A DNA stretch of 64,000 nt from a virus. Lineage: Duplodnaviria > Caudoviricetes. The translations under genes and the position numbers were made by a program. The notes beneath the pieces were generated by a model, which was given only the letters and a program-made list of their open reading frames with translations, was not told the origin of the DNA and did not search any database. Positions within the stretch are counted from its first letter, which is position 1. Every line of letters begins with the position of its first letter. Of this stretch, positions 1 through 15,866 are shown piece after piece. The stretch spans positions 13,142 through 77,141 of the IMG/VR virus record IMGVR_UViG_2806310659_000001; one strand, written 5' to 3'.

Positions 1-416
1 GCACCCGAAGGCGCCACATTGATGTAGGCCGTATTGGTGACGACTGGTACGCCCCCGATCAGCGCGAGCGTGCTGCCGAACGGCTGAATGAACCGGCCCG
101 CGATGATGGTCGGGGCCTTCATTCCCGCCGAGGAGCCCGGAACAGTGGCCGGCTCTTTGGTGATCAGCCTCGGCGTTGGAATGGCCAGGTTTGCCGCAAG
201 TTGCTGTGCATTAAGCAGGGTGCGGGTCGTCACGGTCGGTGCCGGCATAGCGGCCGATGCTCCGGTCACCAAAGGTTGAACCGCATCATTGTTCAATACC
301 GGCCCGAGCAGGGTTGCACTTGCCGATAACTGCGGAACAATCGCACCAACCGCGTTAGGGCGAACCCATTCCCACTCCCCCGAAGGGAAGTATCGGGGGG
401 AAATCCATCGGCCCAC
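1..416 (-). CDS. minor tail protein (5' part; runs off the window)
   Basis: GTG at 416 just after the stop of the upstream tail gene; reads MGRWISPRYFPSGEW... and is Ala/Thr/Pro-rich; lies in the tail operon. Confidence 0.6.
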   Translation of the reverse strand, partial: MGRWISPRYFPSGEWEWVRPNAVGAIVPQLSASATLLGPVLNNDAVQPLVTGASAAMPAPTVTTRTLLNAQQLAANLAIPTPRLITKEPATVPGSSAGMKAPTIIAGRFIQPFGSTLALIGGVPVVTNTAYINVAPSG

Positions 417-421
417 TACTT

Positions 422-1996
422 CTAACCAACTTTCGTAAATGTCATCCAGGCCACTTGGCCGAGCGGATCGCCGGTCAGGTTCACGTTGTTGCTGCTCGCA
501 ATCGCGATACTTGGCTGCACCACGTCGCCGGCCTTGAGGGCGAGGGCGAAGTCACCGACGACGTTGGCCACATTTGTCGGGGAGCCGAACGCGGGAGAGC
601 CCTCGATCACATACAGTCCGCCTAGTAGTTCCGTCCCGTTGTCGACGTAGACCGAGGAATACAGGGCAGTGTTAGACGGCGGCGGTGTGCCGAGGAACAG
701 GCTGAACTTCAACATATACATGCCGTCTTTGCTGACGGTGATCTTCGACGTGTGGGTATCCCAGGTCAGGTCATCCGTGCAATAGACAACCGTGTCGAAG
801 TAGTCGCCAGGCACCGGATGGTTACCCACCAGTGCCGTTACGGTTCCGGCGCCGAGGCGCTTAACCTCCATGCCACTACCCACAACACCCGGGGGCGCAA
901 GGTCACGCATAGCCCAGCGGTCGATGAAGGCTGGCGTTGCCTCGCTACTGAATGGACCGGCGTCGGAGAACATGTCCATACCGCCCTTGCGGTAGCCGGC
1001 CCCCTTCTTGGCCTGTGCGGCAGTATCCGTGTAGCCGGCGATCGGCACGCGGTTAAGGAACACCTCAATCGCGTTGGCGTCTGTCTCGGTGCCGCATTGC
1101 AGCTCTAGCAGTGATCCGACCGGCGGATTACCCGGCAGGGGGAAAGTGTCCCAGACATGCTTGGTGCCATTGACGACACAACCGATCTCGACCTGGTAGG
1201 TATAGAGGCGCGCGTAGATGTAAGAGCTGCCGTTGTCACCCACCCGGCCGCGCAACTGGTTGCCAGCGACAGTGGCGGGAGTGAAACTGGTGTACTCGAT
1301 CGTCGTATTCAGAATCATCGAGACGATCTGAAGATCAGACTTCGTCTCGTCAGCCCTATATCCGCCGTAAGTGCGGGCCACACTTCCCGAGTCCTGCCAA
1401 ACGACCAGGCCGTTACTTATGTATGAGGTACCGTCGCCGGCCGTCGTCCAACCAGCCCCCCATCCAGCGGCAGTGTTTGTGAGGAACTCGTCGGCGTGGT
1501 TAGCCCCCCCGGGGGGGAGTTGCTCGAATCGCATCGACTCGATCGAGGATTGCAGGTCGACAACCGTGTTCTTCAGGTCGGTGACCTGGCGGGCCGTGTC
1601 GGACCAGTTCACCCCAACGGCGCTCTGACCGGAGATGGAGTTGTAGAGGCCGTCTTGGATCTGGCCGAAGCCGTGGAAGATGCCAGCGATGAAGTCGGCA
1701 ATCGCACCAATTACCTCGACGATGCCGTTCGCGATAGCGCCAATCACGCCGGTAAATCCGGCGAAGAGGGCGTTGATGAGGTCGGCCAGGCCCTGGGTGA
1801 CCGCGTTGACAAGGCTGACGAGACCGCCGAAAAGGCCGGCGGCACTGGTCACACCGGGGTCGTTAGATACCTGCGTGCCATAGCTGCTGGTGACATTTTC
1901 CTGCGTCTTGTCGGGCAGGTTTGAGATGCCGGTATTTGTGCTGCCGTCCTTGGCGAAGTTGGGATCGAGCCCCGCTTCCCCGCTTGGCATAGTCAT
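422..1996 (-). CDS. minor tail protein
   Basis: 524 aa; amphipathic helical N-terminus, beta-rich middle and C-terminus; downstream of baseplate genes. Confidence 0.75.
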   Translation of the reverse strand: MTMPSGEAGLDPNFAKDGSTNTGISNLPDKTQENVTSSYGTQVSNDPGVTSAAGLFGGLVSLVNAVTQGLADLINALFAGFTGVIGAIANGIVEVIGAIADFIAGIFHGFGQIQDGLYNSISGQSAVGVNWSDTARQVTDLKNTVVDLQSSIESMRFEQLPPGGANHADEFLTNTAAGWGAGWTTAGDGTSYISNGLVVWQDSGSVARTYGGYRADETKSDLQIVSMILNTTIEYTSFTPATVAGNQLRGRVGDNGSSYIYARLYTYQVEIGCVVNGTKHVWDTFPLPGNPPVGSLLELQCGTETDANAIEVFLNRVPIAGYTDTAAQAKKGAGYRKGGMDMFSDAGPFSSEATPAFIDRWAMRDLAPPGVVGSGMEVKRLGAGTVTALVGNHPVPGDYFDTVVYCTDDLTWDTHTSKITVSKDGMYMLKFSLFLGTPPPSNTALYSSVYVDNGTELLGGLYVIEGSPAFGSPTNVANVVGDFALALKAGDVVQPSIAIASSNNVNLTGDPLGQVAWMTFTKVG

Positions 1997-2520
1997 TCGG
2001 TCGGAAACACCTCCATGTGGCGGCTGTGGTTCTTGGCCTGCTCTTGCGCCTCCTGGAGGCGGGCAAATGCCTCTTGCAGGGCCTCGGTTTGTTCCTTCAC
2101 CGCCTGGCGGTGGTTTTCCGGAGTGACCTGGGTGAGCTTCTTGGCGATCTCGGGGAACTCCTCAACGAGGATTTGCTCCATGACCGGTTTGGCGTCGACC
2201 AAGTCCCAGGTCTGGAAGTTGCTATAGGGACCGGTCCCCGGTTTAACCCACTTGGTCTGCAATTCCTCGTGATGCCGGAATCCCAGATCCCAAAGCATCT
2301 GCGAGAACGCGGCGAAACAATTCGGGTTGATCATCGGCTGGTTCGGGAACTTCCCCGGGAGGGTCTTGCCCCTCGGGTCAGGAACCCCCGCGGCGAAAGC
2401 CCATGCCGCGAACTGCTCCGGATTCTCCATGTCGCATTGGTCTTGAGTAAGAATGATTTCCCCTTGTGAAAAGAAAACCGACCCTTGATGGCCGAAGCCA
2501 ACAGCGGGGCCGGTGTTCAT
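1993..2520 (-). CDS. minor tail protein (DUF2744-like)
   Basis: TQDQCDMENPEQFAAWAF...SQMLWDLGFRHHEELQTK resembles the mycobacteriophage DUF2744 tail family; syntenic position. Confidence 0.7.
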   Translation of the reverse strand: MNTGPAVGFGHQGSVFFSQGEIILTQDQCDMENPEQFAAWAFAAGVPDPRGKTLPGKFPNQPMINPNCFAAFSQMLWDLGFRHHEELQTKWVKPGTGPYSNFQTWDLVDAKPVMEQILVEEFPEIAKKLTQVTPENHRQAVKEQTEALQEAFARLQEAQEQAKNHSRHMEVFPTE

Positions 2521-2522
2521 GA

Positions 2523-4244
2523 CTAACCTGCGATGAGGCTCACGCCAAGGTTGCTCATCGCCTCTTTGAACTTCTTCGCCAGGCGTGCCAGTCGCTCGCC
2601 CATTGAAAGGTTGCGGTGTGACTTGCCGGCGCGGATCTCCCAGCTATACGGGACGATGTCGCCCGAGTTGTCCCAAGCCGCGGTCATTTCCTCGACCTGG
2701 TTGACAAAGATGATCTGCTCAATGCCTGGTGAGTCGACCGTAGATCCAATACGGTTGCCGACATCGAAGTGCACGCCGGGGATCGCCCAAAAGTCGTGCA
2801 AGGCCATGAGGTGATCGGTCTCTGATTTGCCGACCAGGAACCCACCGCGCAATGCGGCGAGTGCGGAGAAGGACCAGGCGTTGTTTTCGGCGCCCTGCTG
2901 GTACAGCTCCAGGTAGTGAATCCACCCGAGCTGTTGCGCGCGGCCAGTGTTCTTCCATTCCAGCCAGGCCAAGATGGTTCCGACCAGGAATGGCATGATG
3001 GCATCGGCCGCGATCTCACCGGCCGAGGAGAATCCCAGCAGGAAGATGTAACCGAGCAGGTTGCCGATCACTTCTATGGTCAATCGGGCAATCGCATCCA
3101 CGAAGGGGTTATCACCGCCCACGATGACCGAGACGTTCTTGCTTGGCCCCCACGACATGTCGGCGGACTCGATCGGAGTCCACTCGTTATCTCGTATGAC
3201 GAGCCAGGGGTGCGCGGGGACGGTGCCCAGCCAGCCGTTCGAGTAGTACTCGTCAGGCTGGAATGCCTCGCTATCGAGCGTGGTGTTGAGCGTGTCCTCG
3301 ACGAAGCCCTGAAGGTAGATGACGATGCTTCGGAAGAAGCCCTCGAAGACGTTGCCGGCCTGTGCTGTGCCCTCTTCGCCGTAGGCGTTGGACATGTCGA
3401 CTACCTCGAAGACGAGGCAACCGTTCTGCACATTGGGGACGCCGGGCACTTCACCGATTTCGCCGTCACACGTGAGGATGCGGCGGTAGGTGATGGACAA
3501 CTGCGCGTCGTCCAGAGCGTCGGCCATAACCGAGTCGACCGGGTTCATGCGCGATGCCATGAACGTCCACAGCGAACCGTCCTCGAAGAAGGACGGCGAT
3601 CGGATCAGACACTGCCAATTCGACCAGTCGAAAATCTGGAACCATTGACTCAAGTCGAATGGGTCATCTGGTACCTGCCAAAGGTTCCCCTCTTTCCTGA
3701 TTAGGTTGAGGAGAATAAGAGTGGAGATACACCATTTCGCCGGGCCGGCCAGGAGAAATACCCTGGGGAACTGGAAGATTGGAATGGGCAGCAATGGGTT
3801 CGGCGGGCAGAGCAGGTATTGCAGGAAGGTGAGATCGTCGTGGAACGTCATCTCGAAGTAGCGGACCCCATCGCGATTGCGGATGTTCCACTTGTCGAGA
3901 AGTCCCGACCAACGTTTCTTGCCGCCGTAGAAGTCGACCGTGATAAGGACGTTCTTCTTCCAGGCGTCGTCATTGGGTAGCGCCTTCAAGAACATCGCAA
4001 TGTAGTGGTCATCGCGAATCTGCAATACGCCCTCGGTGGGGGTGTTGTTCTTGAAGGGGAATGAGCCCTTGATGGTGTCGGTGTAGTCAATCCGGCCAAT
4101 GCAGACCGCGCCGGCGGGGATGTTGTGGTCGTCCCCGCGGCCGTCGTTGATCCACATTCGGATCAGTGGGAAGGATTTGCGCAGCGATTCGTATCGAGCG
4201 CGGGTCTCGCCGCAGATGCGCTCGATGTCGTCGAGCTTCATCAT
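2523..4244 (-). CDS. minor tail / baseplate hub protein
   Basis: ~573 aa with RWSGLLD and LCPPNPLLPIPIFQFPRVFLLAGPAKW motifs typical of the second gene after the tape measure; ATGA overlap with upstream stop. Confidence 0.8.
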   Translation of the reverse strand: MMKLDDIERICGETRARYESLRKSFPLIRMWINDGRGDDHNIPAGAVCIGRIDYTDTIKGSFPFKNNTPTEGVLQIRDDHYIAMFLKALPNDDAWKKNVLITVDFYGGKKRWSGLLDKWNIRNRDGVRYFEMTFHDDLTFLQYLLCPPNPLLPIPIFQFPRVFLLAGPAKWCISTLILLNLIRKEGNLWQVPDDPFDLSQWFQIFDWSNWQCLIRSPSFFEDGSLWTFMASRMNPVDSVMADALDDAQLSITYRRILTCDGEIGEVPGVPNVQNGCLVFEVVDMSNAYGEEGTAQAGNVFEGFFRSIVIYLQGFVEDTLNTTLDSEAFQPDEYYSNGWLGTVPAHPWLVIRDNEWTPIESADMSWGPSKNVSVIVGGDNPFVDAIARLTIEVIGNLLGYIFLLGFSSAGEIAADAIMPFLVGTILAWLEWKNTGRAQQLGWIHYLELYQQGAENNAWSFSALAALRGGFLVGKSETDHLMALHDFWAIPGVHFDVGNRIGSTVDSPGIEQIIFVNQVEEMTAAWDNSGDIVPYSWEIRAGKSHRNLSMGERLARLAKKFKEAMSNLGVSLIAG

Positions 4245-5131
4245 GACGGCACTCGCACCACGTGCGGACGCGACCAAGGCCGGCTAAACCACTTCGGAAC
4301 GGTAAGGCGTGCCGCGGCGCCGAATGGCGCATTGGAGACGGTCACCGGAATGTTGCCCGACTTGCCGGGCATCAGCGGGTAAAGAAGGTCTTGACCCTTC
4401 CACCGGTGCTGGACCGGGTTGTCATTGGCCGCGACGATCGTCTGGACTCGCGGGTCGGAGTCGACGACGACGTTCTCGCCCTCCACCAATTCGGGGAGGT
4501 AAACGGTACGGCCCAGGTCGGTCTGCCCGCGGGAGTACATGTCGTTGCCCCACGAGAAGTCGGGCAGCTTCCACAAGGCCTGGTCGGTGAGCGTCCACCT
4601 CAGCCAAACGGGAATGTCACCGTTGTTCTGGACGAAAGGCTTCCAGGTGAAATCAGTGTTGACCGTGGTGAGGTCGAACTGGTCTGGCTTCTCGACCCAG
4701 TACGGGAACTCCGCGGCGGTAGTCATCACCACCGGGTTGTCCGCGGTGATGTGCGGGTCCTTGTCGTAGTAAGGCTTGGGTGCCTCTAGGAGGCGAAGGC
4801 CGATCGATCGTGTGCCATCGGAGGTGGTGACAGAGAGGGTTGCTTCCTCGTCGTAGTCCCATGCCCATCGCCACTGGGAGTCGATCGTCGCCCACGTGTC
4901 CGGGTCGTCGTCGTAGATCTGGACGGCGAAAACCATCTCGCGGCGCTGTACGCGCTTGCCGGCGTACTGCTGGCCGAAAGGTCCGGGAACCCAGAGGGTC
5001 TTAACCGGGGCGTCGATGAAGTTTTGGATGTTGGGCGAAATGGTGATGCCCTGTTGGCCTGCGCCCGGGCCGGCCAGGCACCAATAGGACCCGTCACGGC
5101 CGGTAAGCTCGATTTTGACGTAATCCGTCAA
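4241..5131 (-). CDS. distal tail (Dit-like) minor tail protein
   Basis: IELTGRDGSYWCLAG, PYW and NNGDIPVWLRW motifs; first gene after the tape measure. Confidence 0.8.
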   Translation of the reverse strand: MTDYVKIELTGRDGSYWCLAGPGAGQQGITISPNIQNFIDAPVKTLWVPGPFGQQYAGKRVQRREMVFAVQIYDDDPDTWATIDSQWRWAWDYDEEATLSVTTSDGTRSIGLRLLEAPKPYYDKDPHITADNPVVMTTAAEFPYWVEKPDQFDLTTVNTDFTWKPFVQNNGDIPVWLRWTLTDQALWKLPDFSWGNDMYSRGQTDLGRTVYLPELVEGENVVVDSDPRVQTIVAANDNPVQHRWKGQDLLYPLMPGKSGNIPVTVSNAPFGAAARLTVPKWFSRPWSRPHVVRVPS

Positions 5132-5233
5132 TGTTCAGTTGTCCTGTATTGAGTTATGCCTGAAATGCCGCGCACAGCCCCCGAAACGGTGCGGAATTGC
5201 ACCGAATCGAGGTCTGTGCCTGAGATTTCCTAC

Positions 5234-10981
<5,748 letters not shown>

Positions 10982-11017
10982 CTATTCAATTATGTTGTGT
11001 GCCAATCTATTTCGGCA

Positions 11018-11787
11018 CTAAAGTCCTCGACGTTCAGCATTCCTACGCCGTGATGCTTCGATCGCGTCATCCCGTTTCGATTCGGATTGCTGCTTGCGCA
11101 TCACAACGGCGGGAATCTTCGGCCGCGGGTAGAACCGGACCTTCTTGGCATCGTGGGCACGGCTGGCGATCAACTGGTCGCCCAAGTCGGTGAGCCTGTC
11201 AATGAGGTCGCTCCAACCGAACAGGGGCGGTGGTCCGGGCTTGGCCCACTCAGATTCGGGGATCTTGAGCATCAGCTTGATCGCTTCGGGGTCCTCCATG
11301 TAGGAGGCCCAGATGTAAGATCCCTTGACCTTGAGGAAGGTCTGATAGAACCGGATGAGTTGATCCCAGTTGCGGCCGGGAATGTCGAGGAAGTAGTCGA
11401 GTGCGTTGATCCCCTTGTCGGCGAGGTCCCACTCGATTGCGTCCCAGAACCTGTTAACCAGGCTCCGGACGTAGGCTATTTTCCCGAGTCGGGGTCGCCA
11501 AAGAAGTGTGCGTTGTAGCGCTCCATGAACTTGTTCCAGACGAACAGCGATGTGTTGTCGAACAGTTCCATCGCGGCGTCGTAGTGCTCGCCGAAGATCA
11601 CGCGCTGGGCTTCCTCTTCGGTGATGCCGGTCCGCTGGAGTTCGCTAACCTGCTTCTTGGTGGGGCAGTCCAAGACGATATCCGCGGTCACACGCAGCGG
11701 CTCGGGCACCCTCACGGTTGCAATGAGTTCTGAGAACAAGTCCTCGAACTCGGCCTTATCTGCCGATTGTGATTTCCGGGTGGTAAT
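11018..11787 (-). CDS. tail assembly chaperone, long -1 frameshift product (gpGT-like)
   Basis: Slippery GGGAAAA at 11485-11479 before the TAG; the -1 frame is open (IAYVRSLVNRFWDAIEWDL...) and joins ORF 11018-11299. Confidence 0.85.
11476..11787 (-). CDS. tail assembly chaperone, short form (gpG-like)
   Basis: Between major tail and tape measure; GGGAG RBS points to ATT at 11787 (the ORF-track ATG at 11838 abuts a hairpin and lacks a spaced RBS). Confidence 0.85.
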   Translation of the reverse strand: MTTRKSQSADKAEFEDLFSELIATVRVPEPLRVTADIVLDCPTKKQVSELQRTGITEEEAQRVIFGEHYDAAMELFDNTSLFVWNKFMERYNAHFFGDPDSGK

Positions 11788-11809
11788 CGTTTTCTCCCAA
11801 TAGGTAGGT

Positions 11810-11836
11810 GGAGAGGGGGCCGAAGCCCCCTCCTCC
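11810..11836 (-). terminator. GC-rich UUCG hairpin after major tail gene (attenuator/terminator)
   Basis: Minus strand GGAGGAGGGGGC-TTCG-GCCCCCTCTCC; no U tract. Confidence 0.5.
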
Positions 11837-11851
11837 ATTCCTCAGTTGTTG

Positions 11852-12772
11852 TTAGCTGACCGTGGCTGTAACGGTGTCGGTCAGCTCGGTGCCACCAAGC
11901 GGCGTGTAGTGCGCCGTGATGACAGCCGAACCGGCAGCAACACCGGTGATCAGGCCGCCGGCCGAAACCGTCGCCTTCGTCGGGTCCGCGGACGTGAAGG
12001 TGCAGTCCGGGGTGTAGTTGACCCCGTTGTCGCCCTCGACCAGCAGTTGCTGGGTGTGGCTCGCACCGGTGGCAGCGGTCAGGGTCGCGGTCGACGGAGT
12101 CGCCGAGATGGCCGTAACCGGAGCAACGAAGCCGGTCTTGTGGACCAGGTCGCGCCAGCCGGGGCCGGCGAAGCCCTGTGCAACCGAGTAGCCCGTGGTG
12201 CCGTCCTTGAACGCCTTCAGCGTCGGGTGGTACTCGATCACGCCGTCGTCGTTGAGCTGCTGGTTGTCGATGTCGCTCAGCTTCACCTTGGGCAGCAACC
12301 AGTACGGCCAGATCTCCCGGTCGTTACGGTCGTCGAGGCCCAGGATGATCGCCCGGTAGTAGACGTTCTTCGGCACCGGAGGCGCTTCCAGAACCACACC
12401 ACCGAAGTCGGACGGAACGACGCCAGAGAAGTCCGCGGCCCAGAACAGTTCCAGCACGTTGCGCTGGTTCTGGTACATCGCGAAGTCGAACGAAGTCGTA
12501 CGCTTCGAGATGATGGTGCGGATGGGCTCGGGCTCGCCGTACGCCTCGATGTCGGTCGAGTCGATCTTGTTGGTGAGCGTGACGCCGGCCTTCTTCTCGA
12601 AGTGGCCAACCGACACGTATTCGGCCGGAACGTCCAGCCCACCGTCAGTTGCCGACTCCAGGGTCAGAACCGGGTCAACAGAGTACGGCGCCAGAAGCAC
12701 CGCGCAGTTGATTGCAGCGATCGTCAGGTCCGCAAAAACGTCCTTGATCGTTACGAAATCACGAGAAGTCAT
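11852..12772 (-). CDS. major tail protein with C-terminal Ig-like domain
   Basis: VSVGHFEKKAGVTL..DIEAYGEPEPIRT motif; C-terminal Big-2-like FTSADPTKATVSAGGLITGVAAGS. Confidence 0.9.
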   Translation of the reverse strand: MTSRDFVTIKDVFADLTIAAINCAVLLAPYSVDPVLTLESATDGGLDVPAEYVSVGHFEKKAGVTLTNKIDSTDIEAYGEPEPIRTIISKRTTSFDFAMYQNQRNVLELFWAADFSGVVPSDFGGVVLEAPPVPKNVYYRAIILGLDDRNDREIWPYWLLPKVKLSDIDNQQLNDDGVIEYHPTLKAFKDGTTGYSVAQGFAGPGWRDLVHKTGFVAPVTAISATPSTATLTAATGASHTQQLLVEGDNGVNYTPDCTFTSADPTKATVSAGGLITGVAAGSAVITAHYTPLGGTELTDTVTATVS

Positions 12773-12814
12773 GTCTTGTGAAGTTGTCCTTATTGAATTG
12801 TGGTAGCGCGGACC

Positions 12815-13288
12815 TTATAGACCGCTGATGATTTGGTCGTATCGCGTCCTGTTGCGAAGACCGACACGGATTCGGAATGTGGCTGGCACGACCCGCGTAT
12901 CTATCTGCTGCTCATGGGTGAGCAATTCGGGTCCGGATACCTCTTCCGCGCAATGTATCTGGGCGGTGTATCCGTCGTTCATCTTGAACTTGAGGCCCTC
13001 AATGGGAAGAAGTACCGCACGAATCACCGACATCGCCTTGTTGGACAATGTGCGGTCCGTCGTGATGACGGTGGCCTGGATAAGGCACTCGTCATAGTTC
13101 TTCTCGTAGTCGACGTGGCCGCCGGGTAGGCGGATGAACGTCAACAGCGGTTCCGGGTCTGACTGGTCTAGCCAGTCGTCGTCTTCCCAAATGCCCATCT
13201 TGGTTCCCGGAAAGACTTTGCCGAAGAGATCGATCATGAGTTGTTCGATATCGACGAAGTTGTCCTTGAACCAGTCGGGAATGATCAT
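12815..13288 (-). CDS. tail terminator
   Basis: 157 aa, IPDWFKDNFVDIEQL..RLPGG; directly upstream of major tail. Confidence 0.7.
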   Translation of the reverse strand: MIIPDWFKDNFVDIEQLMIDLFGKVFPGTKMGIWEDDDWLDQSDPEPLLTFIRLPGGHVDYEKNYDECLIQATVITTDRTLSNKAMSVIRAVLLPIEGLKFKMNDGYTAQIHCAEEVSGPELLTHEQQIDTRVVPATFRIRVGLRNRTRYDQIISGL

Positions 13289-13821
13289 GCAGACATCTCC
13301 CTAACTACGGTTTGCAGATCCCTTGCCCCGGGGTGTACGCGCGTGCGGCTGCCCCGTTGTCGCGAGAGCAATGCGTTGGCGTGTTTGCGCGCTAGCGCCC
13401 TCTCCGATGGGGATGCCGCCCGGTCCTGTGAAAGCCGGATGAGGCTGTCCAGGCGCCGCGATTGTGCCGGTGACAGCTCCTGGGCCGGCGTGACACTGTG
13501 CGTGCCAAACTCGTGGAAGACCCCGTAGTAGAACTCCTTGCCGGGGTTCGGGTTACGGGGGCTATTCCAGGTGCTGACAGGCAGGAGCCCACCCACCAGG
13601 ATCACGCCGACAAGGCGTGGCTGGCCCTTGATCACTCTGCGGAGTTCGACGAAGGACTGTGCCGACGCGGCGAGCCGTCCGGTCTTCTTTCGCACCTTGG
13701 CCTTGTAGAGGTTTGCACCCCTTGCGGCATGAGCGTTCAGAAGGTTCCGGAGGTTTCCGGTCTTTCCGGTGAGAATGGCATCGAGCGCCGGATTGGGCCG
13801 CGGCGCATCGATGTTAACCAT
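13285..13821 (-). CDS. HK97 gp10-like neck protein with helical insertion
   Basis: KKTGRLAAS and YYGVFHEFGT motifs; ATG at 13821. Confidence 0.7.
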   Translation of the reverse strand: MVNIDAPRPNPALDAILTGKTGNLRNLLNAHAARGANLYKAKVRKKTGRLAASAQSFVELRRVIKGQPRLVGVILVGGLLPVSTWNSPRNPNPGKEFYYGVFHEFGTHSVTPAQELSPAQSRRLDSLIRLSQDRAASPSERALARKHANALLSRQRGSRTRVHPGARDLQTVVREMSA

Positions 13822-14158
13822 TCGTGGAAACCACCTGGAAAAGCGTGTAGCCGAAGTCGCGTCCGGTAATCGGACTGTCCTGGTCCCACATGGAGTGGCC
13901 CACGACGGCGTATTCCTGACCGTTGGACCGCAGAATGCGGTCACGCGGCTTCACGTCGCTGCCCCGTTTAACCCAGAGCTGCGCAGTGACTGTGGCCGAT
14001 TCCTTGTGGTCCAAATCGAACCGGTATCGACCAGTGCCCCGTGCGCCATATCCCCAACCGAAGAACCCCTCAACTGTGTGAGTGGTGTTCACCCGGTTGG
14101 ACATGGTGTCGGTCTTGCCACGCTGGACGGTGAGAGTTTCGGTCTTCTTAGCCCTCAA
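13814..14158 (-). CDS. head-to-tail stopper
   Basis: DVKPRDRILRSNGQEYAVVG beta-rich pattern; synteny. Confidence 0.7.
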   Translation of the reverse strand: MRAKKTETLTVQRGKTDTMSNRVNTTHTVEGFFGWGYGARGTGRYRFDLDHKESATVTAQLWVKRGSDVKPRDRILRSNGQEYAVVGHSMWDQDSPITGRDFGYTLFQVVSTNG

Positions 14159-14162
14159 CTCG

Positions 14163-14648
14163 TCACCACCCGTAGTAGAACTGTCCGCGTTCGGGCAGCG
14201 GCGGAATCGGGTGGAACTGGTCCACCCACTCGGGCAGGTACGGATTGTCCGTGTACCACCAGTCGTCGTAGAAGGATTGCTCCCCCCGCGTCGAGCCGAT
14301 GGTGAACAGGCCGCTCTTGGTCCTGAACCGCCGCAGGATCTGCTGCTCACCCTTGGTGAACAGGTCATCCGGATTGTCGACATAGGTGACCCCGAAGGGA
14401 CCCATGTTCTCGCTTTGGACGTTTTCTTCCTGATCCAGACGTTCCAGAAGCCGCTTGGTGGCCAACATGACCACGGCTTGGACATCCTGGGGAACGTCGG
14501 CGGGGGCGGCCGGCCATACCCGGCCGGCCACCGCCCTTGCCAACGCAGAGACATTCACCAGAGCGGATTGCGCCTGGGTAAGGTCATCACCAGCGAAGGT
14601 CCGTTTCATGAACGCCTGGAGATCCGTAATGGTCGCCAGGGTTGTCAT
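14163..14648 (-). CDS. head-to-tail adaptor
   Basis: LATITDL..A..AL..S..AR..AG..W..VP.DV..V and ENMGPFGVTY motifs; directly after the capsid. Confidence 0.75.
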   Translation of the reverse strand: MTTLATITDLQAFMKRTFAGDDLTQAQSALVNVSALARAVAGRVWPAAPADVPQDVQAVVMLATKRLLERLDQEENVQSENMGPFGVTYVDNPDDLFTKGEQQILRRFRTKSGLFTIGSTRGEQSFYDDWWYTDNPYLPEWVDQFHPIPPLPERGQFYYGW

Positions 14649-14650
14649 GA

Positions 14651-15826
14651 CTAGCTGACCGTGATCGCTACCGTGTCGGTGAGGTTGGCACCCGTCTGCG
14701 GGTCCACGTAGGTCGCCGTGATGGTCGTCGAACCAGAGGCGACGCCCGTGACCAGGCCGGTGCTCGCACCAACGGTCGCCTTGGTGGCGTCCGAGCTGGA
14801 GTAGGTGCAAGACGAGGTGCGGTTCACACCGTTACTGTCCTTGACCGTGATCTGCTTGGTGTGGTTGACACCGGCAGAAGCGGTCACCGTAGCGGCGGAC
14901 GGCAGGGCGGTGATGCCCGTGACGCCCAGCTTCAGCTTGGTCGCACGGATGAAGCGGTCACCCATGGCCGGTTCGGTGACGATCTTGTGACCCACGTAGG
15001 TGTCGATCAGGGACCGGTCGGTCAGGTTGACGTAGTCGTAGTCCGAGATCCAGCGCAGGGCGAAGCCCAGGCTCGACATGCTCGCGCCAGCGACCACCGA
15101 AGCGGGCTTGACGGGGGCAACGTTGGACAGAACGAACGCGGTCTTGTGGAACAGAACCGCCTCGTCGGTGGCCAGCGCGTTGGAGCGGATGACCTGCAAG
15201 CCGGCGATGTCCATGACGGTCGCGCGACGCAGGGCCTCGTTGCTGGCGTCACCGCTGTACTCGAAGTGACGGAGCTGCTTGTCCTTCAGCAGAACGCTCT
15301 CGAACGTCGAGCCGACAACCAGGGTGCGGTTGGCGTCCGGAATGTTCTCGTCGTTCAGGTACTGCCGGGCGTCCACGATCGACGGGAAGGTGTCATCCGC
15401 GTCGGTGTAGAAGGTTTCCTCGTAGGGGGCCGCGTTGAACAGGTTCTGGACGGTGTAGTCCTCCAGACCGTAAGCAACGGCGTCAGCCTGCGGAACGAGC
15501 ACCTGCTGGGTGAAGGACGCGATGTCCAACGTCAACTGCTCGTCGGTCAGGTTGACCGCGGAGTAAACGACGTTGTCCAGCGTCACCGGCAGGACGTACT
15601 CGATCAGGTCGTCCGCGGTGACGTTTCGGGCGGCGCCGGTACCACGGAAGGTACGCTCGCGCGACGCCAGAATGGCCGGGATGCGAACGTTGATGGTGTC
15701 GTTTGACGACCCACCGAAGTTAGCGATCGGGTTGGTCCAGATCAACTGCGGCAGGACGATCTTGCGCCGAAGCTGCGTCAGGCCGATTTCGGCCAGAAGC
15801 GACGGCTTCTGAAACACGTGTGCCAT
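14651..15826 (-). CDS. major capsid protein with C-terminal Ig-like extension
   Basis: 391 aa; DTINVRIP and YSAVNLTDEQLTLD P22/HK97-fold coat pattern; ~90 aa C-terminal Ig-like domain. Confidence 0.9.
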   Translation of the reverse strand: MAHVFQKPSLLAEIGLTQLRRKIVLPQLIWTNPIANFGGSSNDTINVRIPAILASRERTFRGTGAARNVTADDLIEYVLPVTLDNVVYSAVNLTDEQLTLDIASFTQQVLVPQADAVAYGLEDYTVQNLFNAAPYEETFYTDADDTFPSIVDARQYLNDENIPDANRTLVVGSTFESVLLKDKQLRHFEYSGDASNEALRRATVMDIAGLQVIRSNALATDEAVLFHKTAFVLSNVAPVKPASVVAGASMSSLGFALRWISDYDYVNLTDRSLIDTYVGHKIVTEPAMGDRFIRATKLKLGVTGITALPSAATVTASAGVNHTKQITVKDSNGVNRTSSCTYSSSDATKATVGASTGLVTGVASGSTTITATYVDPQTGANLTDTVAITVS

Positions 15827-15866
15827 GTTTAGTTGTGTTTGTCCTATTTAGTTGTGCGTGATGGAT

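Noticed and set aside
11018-11299. Independent 93-aa gene
   Set aside because: Explained as the C-terminal part of the -1 frameshift chaperone
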